The notes below the pieces were generated by a model that worked only from the letters and a program-made list of their open reading frames with translations, had not been told where the DNA came from and did not search any database. Below, one piece after another: positions 9,818-21,332 of a DNA stretch of 47,505 nucleotides. Numbering within the stretch: position 1 is the stretch's first letter; every line of letters begins with the position of its first letter. A program made the translations under genes and the position numbers. The DNA comes from Craspedostauros australis (taxonomy: Eukaryota). The stretch lies in the NCBI GenBank assembly GCA_030167865.1, contig JALAGF010002696.1:1-47505 (forward strand), in the 5' to 3' direction.

Positions 9818-12515
9818 CTAGATCTGCTGTCTCTCTCCGTGGTTCATGAGGAAGAACTTGATTGTGTCTACCGTGACTTCCGTCTCCTCGCTAACGTAGA
9901 AGGCTCCGTCATCGGGTATGTCGAGTAGAACCATCGTGGGCTCCTCCTGCAGCGGCCCAAGGTCGCAAGCTTGCCTTGTGTTGGCCACCAAAGGGACTTC
10001 GTCGTCGAATGCCCAGTAGAATTTGATGATCTCGTCTCCTCTGTAGTCCATCGCGGCCTGCTTCACCGCCTCCTCGACCTCGTCCTGATCGTCCATCTCT
10101 CCGCCCTCGTGGAAGACGATGAGGCATTTGTGTGTGTTGATATCATCCGTGGTTGTGCAGAAGTCACCGAATGGCTTAGGGTAGTACGGGAAGTCGCTGA
10201 TGTAGTCGCCCGTTTCGATGACAGCGCGGATGTCAGGGTTGATCAGCGGTCGGTCCTCACCTTCGTCGTAGTTGACCGGGCCGACCATGACGAGCGTTGG
10301 GTAGTTGGTTATCTCGAATCGCTTCTCCAGGTTCTTCTTCGTTTCTCTGTCATCAAAGGGGATTGCTCCCCATGGCATCGTGGCAAAGTAAGAATCAAAA
10401 TCTGCCTGAGAATCGTCGCAACAAACGAAGAGGAGCTGCGGAGGGAGCATCGGCGGAGTTATTGGTGTCGTCGGTGGTGTATGGCACGCATCGGCATTGC
10501 AGCATGCATGATGAGTTGATGATGTGCCAAAGGAACCGAAGAGTTCGAAGGAGCCGAGATGTGAAGTACCAGACGACAACCAAGATAGAGCCAGGTAGAG
10601 TTCGGAGCGCGTGATCAGTGAGGATGCGATGGGGAGTGCAAGATGTGAGTACAAGGAATGACCAAATGCATGAAAGTCGTTGACCTGATGTATAGATTGA
10701 AGCAGACGCAATGCAAGGTTCATGCTTTCAGAGATGCCAGCTAGTGAAGAGTATGTAGCATCAACAGCAACACACAGAGCGAAACAGGACGATCGTGATG
10801 TTCGATCAAAGCGAGCACGTATCCACGGCATGAAATGAATGGACCGAGAAGAAAGCAAAAGATGGACGTACCTCGAAGTCGCCGGGTCGCCTCTCCTTCA
10901 ATATATTGTATGCCTTTATCAACCAAGGCGTGAATTCTGCGCAGAGATCGCATGTCTTCGATGCGAAGAAGAGCATGATGTACTTCTCCTCCAGGTCATC
11001 AATGGAATGCTCCACGAGGCTGCTGGCGACGTAGGTTTTGGGCATGATGTCCACGAGCGGCTGTGGTCTCCAAGGGAAGCGCTTTCCGACTGGATCCATT
11101 CGCAGGTTCTGAACTCCTTCCTTCGTGATGACCGAGCCATCGATGTCCAAGACCACCAGGTATGGCAAGCCGCTGGCCTCGTAGAGCTCTGCGAGTTTGG
11201 GGAGCGTCGAGATAGCGTAGGGAAGGCACCACCAAGGCATGTCCTCTGTGTATTTGTCATACTCCTCCTGAGACCGGTCCATGGAACAGAATACAATCTC
11301 GTAGTCTGACTTGTCTGCTTGGAGCTGGTTGAACAGATGGAGCTTGGGTGTGAACTTCAGGCATGCTGTGTGCGGTGGTCATGTCGATGTCGATGTCGAT
11401 TTGATGTGGTAGGGTGTGGGTTGGATTGGATGAGCATTGGGTTGTCGATATGTGCAACACCACATTCATCCATAAATGAGTGGTTGGATTCGTCGGGCAA
11501 TGCCGTTGCAATGTTTGGTGTTTGGAAGGTTGTTGTGGACGATTGGTATGCGCAGGTTGGTGTTGAGATTTGGTTTGGTTGGTTGGTTGCCATGATCATC
11601 AGCGTTTGCATCATGATGGGTCCGAGGTGAAGTGCGTGAATGTGGAGTGCAGGACAGTGGAAGAGTTTGTGCATTCGTGGATTAGTCGTGATGTGGTTTG
11701 AGATGTCAGTCGGAGTTGGCGTGCAGAGACATCAAGACAATGCGTAGTCCCATGGTGTAGTTGTGGGTGTGTATGACAGTTGATGCCCGTTTCAAGATGT
11801 CCACGAGAAGTCCGGAGTACGAGGCATTGATGGGGACCAATCAGTCGGGAAGCACGAGTAGATCGACGAAGTGGTTTGAAGTGAAGAAAAGGACGAAAGG
11901 TTAGGTTGGAGACATTGTGTCGCAGCTTCTCCTGGCGCAGATCTCTTGTTGTTGGCAATCCAAGTTGTATGGTACTTACGACCTGACCAGTGCGCGCCGA
12001 AGTAGAGCAGGAGCTTTGGTCATGGTACAAGGATGCATGTTTGAAGGAAGAGTCGATGTTTGATGATCAAAATGTGAACGATGGAAGATTCTGTTGGTCA
12101 GTTGGTGGTGGGGTGCGTGGTTGGAATGGTGTGGACAGGATTGTCGTTCTATTCATACTCCATCGAATCGAAGTGCAGAGTCAACAGGCTCCCAGACAAC
12201 GACCATCACAAGTTGCTCTGCTTGCACCCAAGTGTCTTACTGGGCCTTCAATATATGAGCATGATGTACGCACACGCGCACACTTAAATGCACATGCTTT
12301 GTCACAAACTGCCCTTGCCTGAACAGGCAGAGCTCTGGTTTTCGCTTGCTTTGTCTTTCTTTACTTTCGATGCGTTGTGCCTTCGTGTACGCTTGTGCAG
12401 GTCTGATGCTTACCGTCTTGTCCAGCAACACATCGTCTGGGACAGCTGTTTCACCAGTCGCTGGCTTTTTCAAAATATCGCCAAAGAGCGAGTAGTCGAG
12501 TTCGATGTCTGCCAT
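9818..12515 (-). CDS. Nucleoredoxin/tryparedoxin-like multi-thioredoxin protein; exons 12515-12414, 12013-11980, 11365-10872, 10435-9818 (about 415 aa)
   Basis: Phase-consistent GT-AG splicing gives LLLYFGAHWSGPCLKFTPKL...EIVFCSMDRSQEEY...MPWWCLPY, a second domain MLFFASKTCDLCAEFTP...MPWGAIPF, and a third Trx-like domain without an active site. Confidence 0.88.
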
Positions 12516-13142
12516 TGTGTGTTGTTGTGAATGCTGTTGTGAATGCTGTGGTTGCTATTAGCGTTGCTGATCCTGTTGTGAGCTTCGATTACGATAGCCT
12601 GAGATGTGCTTGCGGAAAGAAAAAGTGCTTCTTCTGGCTTCAAATCCGTACCACAATTTGCATTCCTGTTGAAACTACGGTTGGTCTGGTCTGACCCTGG
12701 AACCTTGATTGTCGACGCCTGATGTGGTGCCTGGTCAAGAATGTAAGCAAGGTGGTGTGCAAGGGAATATGCAAGTTCGTGGGGATGAAGCGGCTGGATG
12801 CTTGTCGCACTGCCCGGACTTCAACTACCGCAAGTGCCAATGTGCTGTTTGTGACAGCGTCGATCCGACTTGCTGGTTGCTGCCTCTTGCTTTTGAATGC
12901 TGTTGGCGCCACCTGCTTTGACTCCCGTGATGGCAATCTCGATGCTGATGCTGAAGTTGATGGGGGTGCTCAATGATTGCTTTCGTCAATTGGACTCTTC
13001 TGCCTCTTTGACCCCGTTGCTGTGTTTCTTCAATCGTACGAGTGTGTATGGTGCGTGTATATTTGAGCTTTGTTGATGCCTCTCTGGATGCCTCTGATGC
13101 GTCTCTGCGTGGCGTTTGTCACCTGTCGCTTCACTGCCACGA

Positions 13143-13190
13143 CGTTGTTGCTACCGTTGCTACCGTTGCTACCGTTGTTACCGTTGTTGC
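13143..13190. repeat. Tandem 9-mer (CCGTTGCTA)-like repeat, about 4 copies
   Basis: gttgctaccgttgctaccgttgctaccgttgttaccgttgttg read directly. Confidence 0.8.
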
Positions 13191-13724
13191 GGTTGTTTGT
13201 CCTTCCTCTCGATTCGCAAACCAAGACCACACCACGACCCTTTTGGGTGAAGGCACCCACCCCTCCCATGATGACAGACACAGGAACAAACACCGAGAAC
13301 ATGACAAGATACGGATGCCCACCACCACCATGCTTCCGCTACCCGACACGAAGAGGACTATCCAGAGATTTCTGGTCTTCCTGAGTCTTTTCGTTGTTTA
13401 TGACCGTGACAGGAAAGATACACCACATCTACGGTCGGTGCAGTCGATTCACGGATTTCCACGAGTCGATCACCAAACAGAATCGTTTCGATCGACTTCG
13501 AAAAGGCAATGACCGAAGGGCTCCCAAGTACACACATGCCCTCCAACACTGTCTGACAACCGGCGACTCCTCCTTGGGCGAGTGTTTTTTCGGAGCATCC
13601 AACGTTCGCCATCCACACCGCGACATCTCAACGCTCTGCCACTCCGCACAGAAGATCATAAACCCCAACCATCACCGCAGAGTGTCGAAAGAAGCCACAT
13701 TCCGGAGAACAAGAGCAACGCACG

Positions 13725-14726
13725 ATGTCGACTTCTGAAGAAATGAACACGGACGAGGGCCCATCCGTCATCCTAGTGACGGGCGGAACCGGATTGGTGG
13801 GACAGGGCATCAGGATCTTCATTGAGAATGAGCGCAAGGCCGCAGGCGAGGACAGCAAGAGGGACGAGACGTGGGTGTTCCTGAGCTCCAAGGACGGGGA
13901 TCTGTGCGATCGAAAGGCCACGGAGGCCATCTTCGAGAAGCACAAGCCGACGCATGTCATCCACCTCGCCGCCAAGGTCGGTGGGCTGTTCGCCAACATG
14001 GCAAAGAAGGTAGACTTCTACCGTCTCAACATCCTCATCAATGACAACATCATGGAGTGCTGCCGCATTTACAAGGTCAAGAAGCTGGTCAGCATGCTGT
14101 CCACCTGCATCTTCCCCGACAAGATCACCTACCCCATCGATGAGACCATGGTGCACGACGGACCTCCGCACCATTCCAACGAGGGTTACGCCTACGCCAA
14201 ACGCATGATCGACACCATGAGCAGGGCGTACGCGGAGCAGCACGGATGCAACTTCACATCCGTGATCCCCACCAACGTCTACGGTCCGCACGACAACTTC
14301 AACATCCAGGGCGGTCACGTCATCCCAGGTCTCATTCATAAGTGCTACCTCGCCAAGAAGAATGGCACCGCCTTCGAGATCTGGGGCAGCGGCACCGCGT
14401 TGCGCCAGTTCATTTACAGCGTCGATCTGGCAGAACTGACGGTGTGGGCCATGCGCAGCTACGATGATTCCACGCCCATCGCGCTGTGCGTCGATGAGGA
14501 GGCTGAGGTCAGCATCAAGGACGTCGCGTACGCCGTGGCGAAGGCCATGGACTTCACAGGGGAAGTCAAGTTCGACACCTCCAAGGCTGATGGTCAGCAC
14601 AAGAAGACATGCAGCAACAAGAAGTTGAGAAAGTACTTGCCGGGCCACAAATTCGTGACCATCGAGGATGGAATCCAGAAGGCTTGTGATTGGTTCGTTG
14701 AGAACTACGACAGCGCAAGAAAATAG
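13725..14726 (+). CDS. GFUS: GDP-L-fucose synthase (GDP-4-keto-6-deoxymannose epimerase/reductase)
   Basis: ILVTGGTGLVG Rossmann motif, VIHLAAKVGGLFAN, LSTCIFPD, YAYAKR, PTNVYGPHDNF, WGSG..LRQF. Confidence 0.97.
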   Translation: MSTSEEMNTDEGPSVILVTGGTGLVGQGIRIFIENERKAAGEDSKRDETWVFLSSKDGDLCDRKATEAIFEKHKPTHVIHLAAKVGGLFANMAKKVDFYRLNILINDNIMECCRIYKVKKLVSMLSTCIFPDKITYPIDETMVHDGPPHHSNEGYAYAKRMIDTMSRAYAEQHGCNFTSVIPTNVYGPHDNFNIQGGHVIPGLIHKCYLAKKNGTAFEIWGSGTALRQFIYSVDLAELTVWAMRSYDDSTPIALCVDEEAEVSIKDVAYAVAKAMDFTGEVKFDTSKADGQHKKTCSNKKLRKYLPGHKFVTIEDGIQKACDWFVENYDSARK

Positions 14727-15147
14727 AGTAAACGAGTTGTGAAAGTAAGAGCTGAGTTTGACGCGTTGGGAAAGTGGATAGATGCAAAAGCATGGTGTTT
14801 AGCTCGTACTGTGTAGCGATGCTGTTACTCTTGAGCAGAGAAAAGGAGAGTACTTCTGATGACGATATTGTATAGTGCCCCATGGCGAGAATGCGGAGTT
14901 CTACGAAGCCATACTACTGCATGATCCAACAACTGGTGCGCGTTGTTACAGCTCGTAGGCTTTTCTTGTCTTGTGCCTATGAATGGAGTTAGTAGGGCAC
15001 TTGCATTCGCCTGAACTCGCATTCTGGTCTGTGACTGTTATGCATGGAGCTGTGTGAGGCCAATACGCAAGAGGATCATATGGCACCATTCTGCAATGCC
15101 TTCTGTCATGCACTCTGCAATGCAGTGCATCTTGCACGACGCACTGG

Positions 15148-15930
15148 CTACAGGAGAGCGACGAGGGGAGGTACGACCACCACGGCCACGCCCGCTGTGA
15201 TGGCACTCCCCATCACCAGACCATGCTTTGCATTCTGCCACAGCATCTTCCGCTTGATTTCCTTGGCATTCTTCTTGAACACGCTTGACATCTCCTTCAG
15301 CCGCGTTGCCTTTTCTTGGACAGATTCGATCTTTTCATCACGTGTAAGTATGAGCTCGATGTTCCTCGCCATGATGTCCTTGGCGTGATCGATGTTGTCC
15401 TGGATCATGGCCATCTTCCCGTAGTACGTCACTTCCTCCATCCTCTGCTGCAGCACCATGGCGAAGGATTCCTGCGCCGCGAGAGTGTCGCCAAACTTCC
15501 ATAAATCGTCTTCGAATCGAAAGTACTCCGTCAGCGACACCATCTTCTCCAGGAAGGACTGGACCTGGGGCAGCTCGACGTACTTGGGATCGTAGACGGC
15601 GCAGTAGGACCAAACATTGAGCAACGGCTGCCCCTGATCTCCGCTGGCCTCGTCGTATTCGTAGACATGCAGCTTGACACCCTTGAGCTTGATCTGGTCT
15701 GGCTGCCGTCGTGATGCGATCGCGGACGGCGAGGCCGTGGCGAATTCCCAACCAGGCGTGGCCTTCTTCTTAGTGAGCTTGCGTGCCGTCTCGATCACCA
15801 TGCCGCCGTGATGATCGTCGCCGGCCTCCACCAGAATCACTTCGTTGCGCGAGATGGAAGACCAGCAGATGGATTCGGGCTTTTTGCCTTTCGTGTCGGT
15901 GATGGCGACGGCATTGTTGGATTGGTTCAT
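15148..15930 (-). CDS. R-SNARE (VAMP/synaptobrevin family, longin-like N-terminus)
   Basis: SNARE motif KDIMARNIELILTRDEKIESVQEKA...FKKNAKEIKRKMLWQN with zero-layer Arg, followed by a C-terminal transmembrane helix. Confidence 0.88.
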   Translation of the reverse strand: MNQSNNAVAITDTKGKKPESICWSSISRNEVILVEAGDDHHGGMVIETARKLTKKKATPGWEFATASPSAIASRRQPDQIKLKGVKLHVYEYDEASGDQGQPLLNVWSYCAVYDPKYVELPQVQSFLEKMVSLTEYFRFEDDLWKFGDTLAAQESFAMVLQQRMEEVTYYGKMAMIQDNIDHAKDIMARNIELILTRDEKIESVQEKATRLKEMSSVFKKNAKEIKRKMLWQNAKHGLVMGSAITAGVAVVVVPPLVALL

Positions 15931-16396
15931 GGTGATGTAGATGCTGATTTTAGCGTTCGTTCTACTTGTACTTTTGTGTTGAAAGGGTTGCGAGGGTTTT
16001 GTTCGTCGGCGTGGAAGTGGTTGTTTGTCTTTGCGCTGTGTCTCCTGTTCTCGTGGTCGTCATTGTGTCGTGATCACGATTGGAATCGGGATCAGTGTGC
16101 ACAACCGTAATCGGTGAACACAACGAAAATGAACAGATTGGTTTGTTGGGTTGTGTCAAACGAGGCAGCTGGGGAGGTCCACTGACATTACATCATCAAC
16201 TCGCTGATCGTATGTCCAACCATGATCGTTGTGGTGTGTGCCAATCCTCATTTCGAATGCGGTTCTGCCGAATTGAGGACGGTAACGTTGAATGCGAAAT
16301 GAAACGGCACATGACGAGCAGAAATCAACACAAACAAAATAACAAAAACATATGTAAAACACATTTTAAGCATCAAGTGACACTGAAGAGTCAGCC

Positions 16397-16474
16397 ATCA
16401 GAAGATTCCGGGTTCGAATCCCGGGCAGGTTTCTCGGTGACCTGTTGGCCCAACGGCAAGGCGTCTGACTACGA
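16397..16474 (+). tRNA. trnR-ACG: Circularly permuted tRNA-Arg(ACG): 3' half 16397-16432, 6-nt linker 16433-16438, 5' half 16439-16474
   Basis: Swapping the halves gives a 72-nt cloverleaf: GACCTGT TG GCC CAACGGCAA GGC G TCTGA CTACGA|A TCAGA AGATT CCGGG TTCGAAT CCCGG GCAGGTT T. The acceptor stem has 5 Watson-Crick pairs and 2 G-U; the anticodon and T stems are perfect 5-bp helices. Confidence 0.9.
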
Positions 16475-16480
16475 TCTCTC

Positions 16481-16485
16481 TTTTT
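16481..16485 (+). terminator. RNA polymerase III T-run terminator of the permuted tRNA
   Basis: TTTTT begins 7 nt after the end of the 5' half (A37 at 16474). Confidence 0.75.
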
Positions 16486-17344
16486 GCCGCGCCGTGAAAT
16501 CAGCCCGTCAATCTCTTTTGCAGTTAGATTGTTGCACCGATGTGATCTCTCGACCACTCATTGCAAACATCGTCTCTGGCGCGGGGAGGTCAACCTAGCA
16601 ACTGTGCTGCTGGTGCTGCGCAAGTGGACCTTGCGTTGCTGGATCTCTTTTACGATACAAACATACATGAGGAGTAACGTACTCCGGAGGCAACTTCAAT
16701 CCATCCCAACCTCTCCATCGATGACTATTGTCCGGAAAACGACTGGTACCACGTTTGATTAGGAAACGGACGGGAACTTTAGACTCGAGCGAGCAATGCA
16801 GATTCTTATCAAGTACGACTTTTACCCTGAAAACTACGAGTTCATCTCCATTCACCATCACAACAAGGAACAAGGATTCAGAGATTGCGAAGTTCTCTCA
16901 CTCTTACTCTCTCTAGATCCGATGAGAGTAAACCGCTTGGACGATAACGCGCTCGATGACCACCACGACTGACTAGTCGAGGAGAAAATTCTATCAACGG
17001 TCATGAGAAGTCCGATTTTTCTCGACGCGACGAGCAAAAAACCACGACACAACCGTTGTGACATTGGACACCACGATTCGGTGTGCCACCAAGATGAATG
17101 GTGGAAACGAAGACAGGACTCCATCCAACGACACCGCCATTGCACTTCTGCGCAAGGACTTGCACACACACAGAGACGCAGAAACCTGCACGACCGAGAG
17201 ACACAGAGAGCGTTGGCAGAGTGCAGGAGACAGACAACAACCCAGTTGCGTCCTCCAATCGAACAACCCCACAAAGAAGCCCAACAAGACCAAGCAAGAC
17301 ACCAGAAGGCAGCTAGACAAGGAACGAAGCAAACCGATTGGACG

Positions 17345-20300
17345 ATGTCTTGGCTGTGGGGCAAAGGATCGAAAAAGGAGGAGGACGAGGATGGTGAATA
17401 CGAGTACTATTACTCGTACGGCGACAGCGAGAGCGACGATGGAAGCTACACCGGCAGCTACGACGAAGACGACGGCGGCGCCGATTCCAACAGTCTCCCT
17501 CCCGAGGCAGCAAGGAATGAAGCAAACACGAAGCGAGCGCCAACAAAGGAGAACGGCGCAGCCAACGGTGGCACATATGCCAATGTCAACGCCAATGTCG
17601 TTGCGGAAGGCGCTTCAACTGCCGATGCTCGCGACGACGTCAATGCGACCATGAATGGCACCGAGGATAAGTTCATCCTTGACGCAGCACCTGTTTCTGC
17701 TGCGGCGAATGCTGGTGCCAGCGCTGACATCAGTGCCGAGCAGCCAAATGAGGAGAATGAAGATGACAATGAAAGCACTGCTACTGGGGCTGCTACTGGG
17801 ACTGCCAACGGCGATGACCAATCAGAGCCTGCGAAGGAGCCTCTGACCAACGGCGATTCCAACGACAATGTCAACGACACGGCTCAGGAGCAGCAATCCG
17901 GTGATCATGCATCCGTGCAGGCAAGCAACAGCGACGGTTCCGATTCAAGTTTCGTTGTCGTGCAGGAGAAGAGCAACGGAGATCATGGCCAAACACTCCA
18001 CAACTCATCGAATGGTCACGTTCACAGCCACGACGGCAAAGAGGAGCACAGACTGCAGACGGAAGTTCAAGAACCAATGCCGCAAGAGCCTCAATCTGAG
18101 GATACCGACGATGCTGCCAGCCAAAATACTGCGACAGAAACACTGAAAGAGACAGACGTCGCTGCTGAGGGGGATCGTGATCTTGCCGCAAAAACTCAAT
18201 GCACGTCGCATACCATTACGACAGACAACATCAGGGGCGAAGCCAACGAGGATCATCAAGAAGATGCTGTTGTTGACAAACCAAGTACGGAGAGTGCTCA
18301 AGAAGAGAACAGCAAGATAGAAGATGAAGAGTCTGTTGATGCCAATGCTGAGGAACAGGAAGGCGATGAAAAATATGCTGAAACTGATGATGAAGATGCA
18401 GACGAGGATACCATCGACGACAACAGCAACGACAATGGCGACAACAGCAACAACAACGGCGAAACCAATGGTGAAGAACCAAGCGAAGAAGACAGTGAGG
18501 AAGAGGAGGAAACCACCCTCGCGGAAAAGCAATCCCTTCTCATCCTGGCGGCCGAGCACGATCGAGTGGACATCCTCAAGTCAATCCTGTCCGACGATGC
18601 CTCCAACGAGGACCGACAGGTGTTGCTCAAACCATCCTTCAACATCCCGCCGTTGCACATTGCGATCAGCTTCGGATCTGTCAACGCCACGCAGAGCCTC
18701 CTGCGCATCGGTGCCGATCCATCCATTCGACCCGACGTCCCGCAGATCCAACACATCCAAAAGCAACGGCAACAGGAATCTGCAGCCGGCGCCAACGAAA
18801 CCGAATTCGTGCAGATATCCAACATGGGCCGCTTTGATGGCATTTCTGCATGGGAGCTCGCCTTCGGTCGAGGGGATTACGAAAGCTTGCCAACCGGAAA
18901 GAGGGGCTGGTCGTTGTTCGGATCGTCGCCATCCAAGGCATCGCAGCAGCAACCAAGCAGTGAAGACGCAAAACAGTATTCGGCGGCAACAAAGCCTATC
19001 CGCCCCATCGACATGGCCGAACCCAAACGGAACGGCATCAAGCATGCCTTCACTGCCGAAGCGCTGCGTTGCGTGGGTGCAGACGAACTGCACCGATTGC
19101 AGCAGCTTCTCAACAGCGGCATGCCATCATCGATCGAGATTGGTGGTCGCAGTTTGGTGCTGTGGGCCAAGGAATTGGGTGCCATGGAATGTCACAAATG
19201 TCTGGCTCCGGAAGACTACATTGCGAAAGATATATCGGGCGATGCTGTCGTTGTGCAGAGTGATGAAGATGGCACGGGGGCCGTCAGTTCAGCAACCGAT
19301 GATTCCATCCACAAAGACGGTGAGACGCCCGTCAACACGGGAGAGCAGCAGCAGCAAGCGAACGGCGAAGCCAAGTCCAAGATGGCTGCTGGCAAATCAA
19401 GCGTCGAAACGAAGGAGGACTCATCAAGTCATGGCAGGGATCCATCGACATCAACAGCAGCATCATCTTCCTCGATGACGCCAATGACGCTGAAGCAGCA
19501 AAGGCCCGCTGGAACTGTCCAGGTGTTGGCCAACCGATGCGATGAGCTTGAATCCCTTGCCGAGGCCTTGGCGTTGTGTTTGGACAATCTCGCTGAAGAG
19601 GTGTCCGTCTGCCAGAGCCTGTTGTCACAGGGTGGTGGAACAGCACTCGCCATGCACGTCAAATCGCTTAAGAACATCCAGGATGACAAGGAGGCAGAGC
19701 TCGAGGCATTGGCGGCAGACTTCGAAGAGAATCAAGAAGAATTGGACCTGCTGTTGGAGGAGGCTGAGGAAATCGGCTGGGACACCGAACGGCTCTTCCC
19801 CTCACTGTGGACATCCAATGGTGGTGTTGGCTCGAAGACCTCCACACGATACAATTCGTTGATTGCGCAAATATCGGCATTGGAGGAAAGTGAACAACGC
19901 GAGAAGCTGGATGCGTACATCGCCGCATCGGAAAGCAAGGTACGTACGCGAGGTGTGTGTGTGTTTGTTTGTGATTGTTCGTGCATTCATAGTTGTGAAG
20001 GTATGGGTTGCTGTTTGCTGCCGCTACTTTGGGAAGATCGATGAATTGTTATCTTTTCTGGATGACTCACATTCACATGCGCACTCGCAATCATTCATAT
20101 CACGATGGCTCGTTGCATTAAAAAACACGGCATTATCGTTGGATCACATTGCATTCCGTACAACACATCACGATACTCACACATTGGAAACATTCATTCA
20201 GGTTCGGAAGCTACGGTCCTCCATTGCCGAGCTGACAGAAGACAGTACGAAGGACTTGGAAGAGGTGGAGTATCGAGGTCTGATCGGTGGCATCAACCTT

Positions 20301-21217
20301 GTGCGTAGCATCCGTGAGAGGGTCCGAGACATTGAATACCAGCTGTCGGAGACCAAAACATGGAATCTGGAGTGCCAGGCCAAGATCGACATCGTCCAAT
20401 CCCGATTGGAGGAAGAGGATCTCAAACAGCTGGCGAATGGCGATTTGCAGACCACGGAAGACAATGACGCAAACCACGAAATGAATCACGTTGGCAATGG
20501 CCACGTCGAGCACGCAGTTGGTGAGCAAGAAGCAAAGCTCAACGGGATCAAACAGGCGTTGGATAAATCATCGCATTCCCATTCGTCCGTCAGGAACGAT
20601 ACGACACCAAACGGCCATGAGCGGGGCCTGTCACCACGATCTCCAATGGTCTCACCCGTGCGAGCACCGGACAGGGTGACTATCCCTGGCCGCATCGTCA
20701 ATCCATTCCAAACCTCACGGCATCCTGCCGTGGAAGACGAGAAGAATAGCGACGACGACGACGCCAACGACAAAGCTGGAGATGACAATCTCAATACCGA
20801 TGAAGCAGCAGCCACGACGACAGCAGATGCAGATGAATCAGCAGAGATGAAGCCGTCCGAGCAGATAGCGACGGGTGAATCGAGAGCTCTGGTCGTCAGG
20901 TGCGTTTTTGTTCTGTTGCCTTTCTTCGTGATGTCTTGGAGGCGACAGGAGTTCGCAATACTCGGCGACGTTGTTCATCTCATTCACTCACTCACTTCCA
21001 CGAAACCAACTGACACACGTTCCCTTCGCTTCACTTCACTTTCATCCATCCACGCGCAAACGACACCATACACAATCACAGAAATCCTGGCGGAAATCGT
21101 GCCTATTTGACCTTGTCCATCTGGAAGGTACTCCTTCGCATCATGGGACTCCGCCAGGATAAGGTGCTCATGAAAACAAAGGCTTCGGCAGAACCGGCCA
21201 ACCTGATGGTCGTCTGA
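17345..21217 (+). CDS. Large acidic/disordered ankyrin-repeat and coiled-coil protein; exons 17345-19939, 20202-20899, 21082-21217 (about 1142 aa)
   Basis: Start MSWLWGK after a CA-rich leader. Ankyrin-like LLILAAEHDRVDIL and PPLHIAISFGSVNATQSLLRIGADP. Heptad-rich C-terminal half. Two GT-AG introns keep frame (3429 nt total). Confidence 0.8.
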
Positions 21218-21332
21218 GGCAGCTGGTACAAAGATCACTGCAATAAAGACTAGAGTAGGATACTCAATTGCTAAAGCGCAGAATGAAAACAGGAAGGTTT
21301 CACTAATTCGCTAGTTCTCTGCGCTACAACGC

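Noticed and set aside
16439-16520. Ordinary or intron-containing tRNA-Arg starting at 16439
   Set aside because: No T-arm or acceptor 3' strand downstream. A T5 run follows and the matching half is upstream.
17003-17344. N-terminal extension of the 1013-aa ORF
   Set aside because: CA-rich UTR-like composition; MSWLWG at 17345 is the more plausible start.
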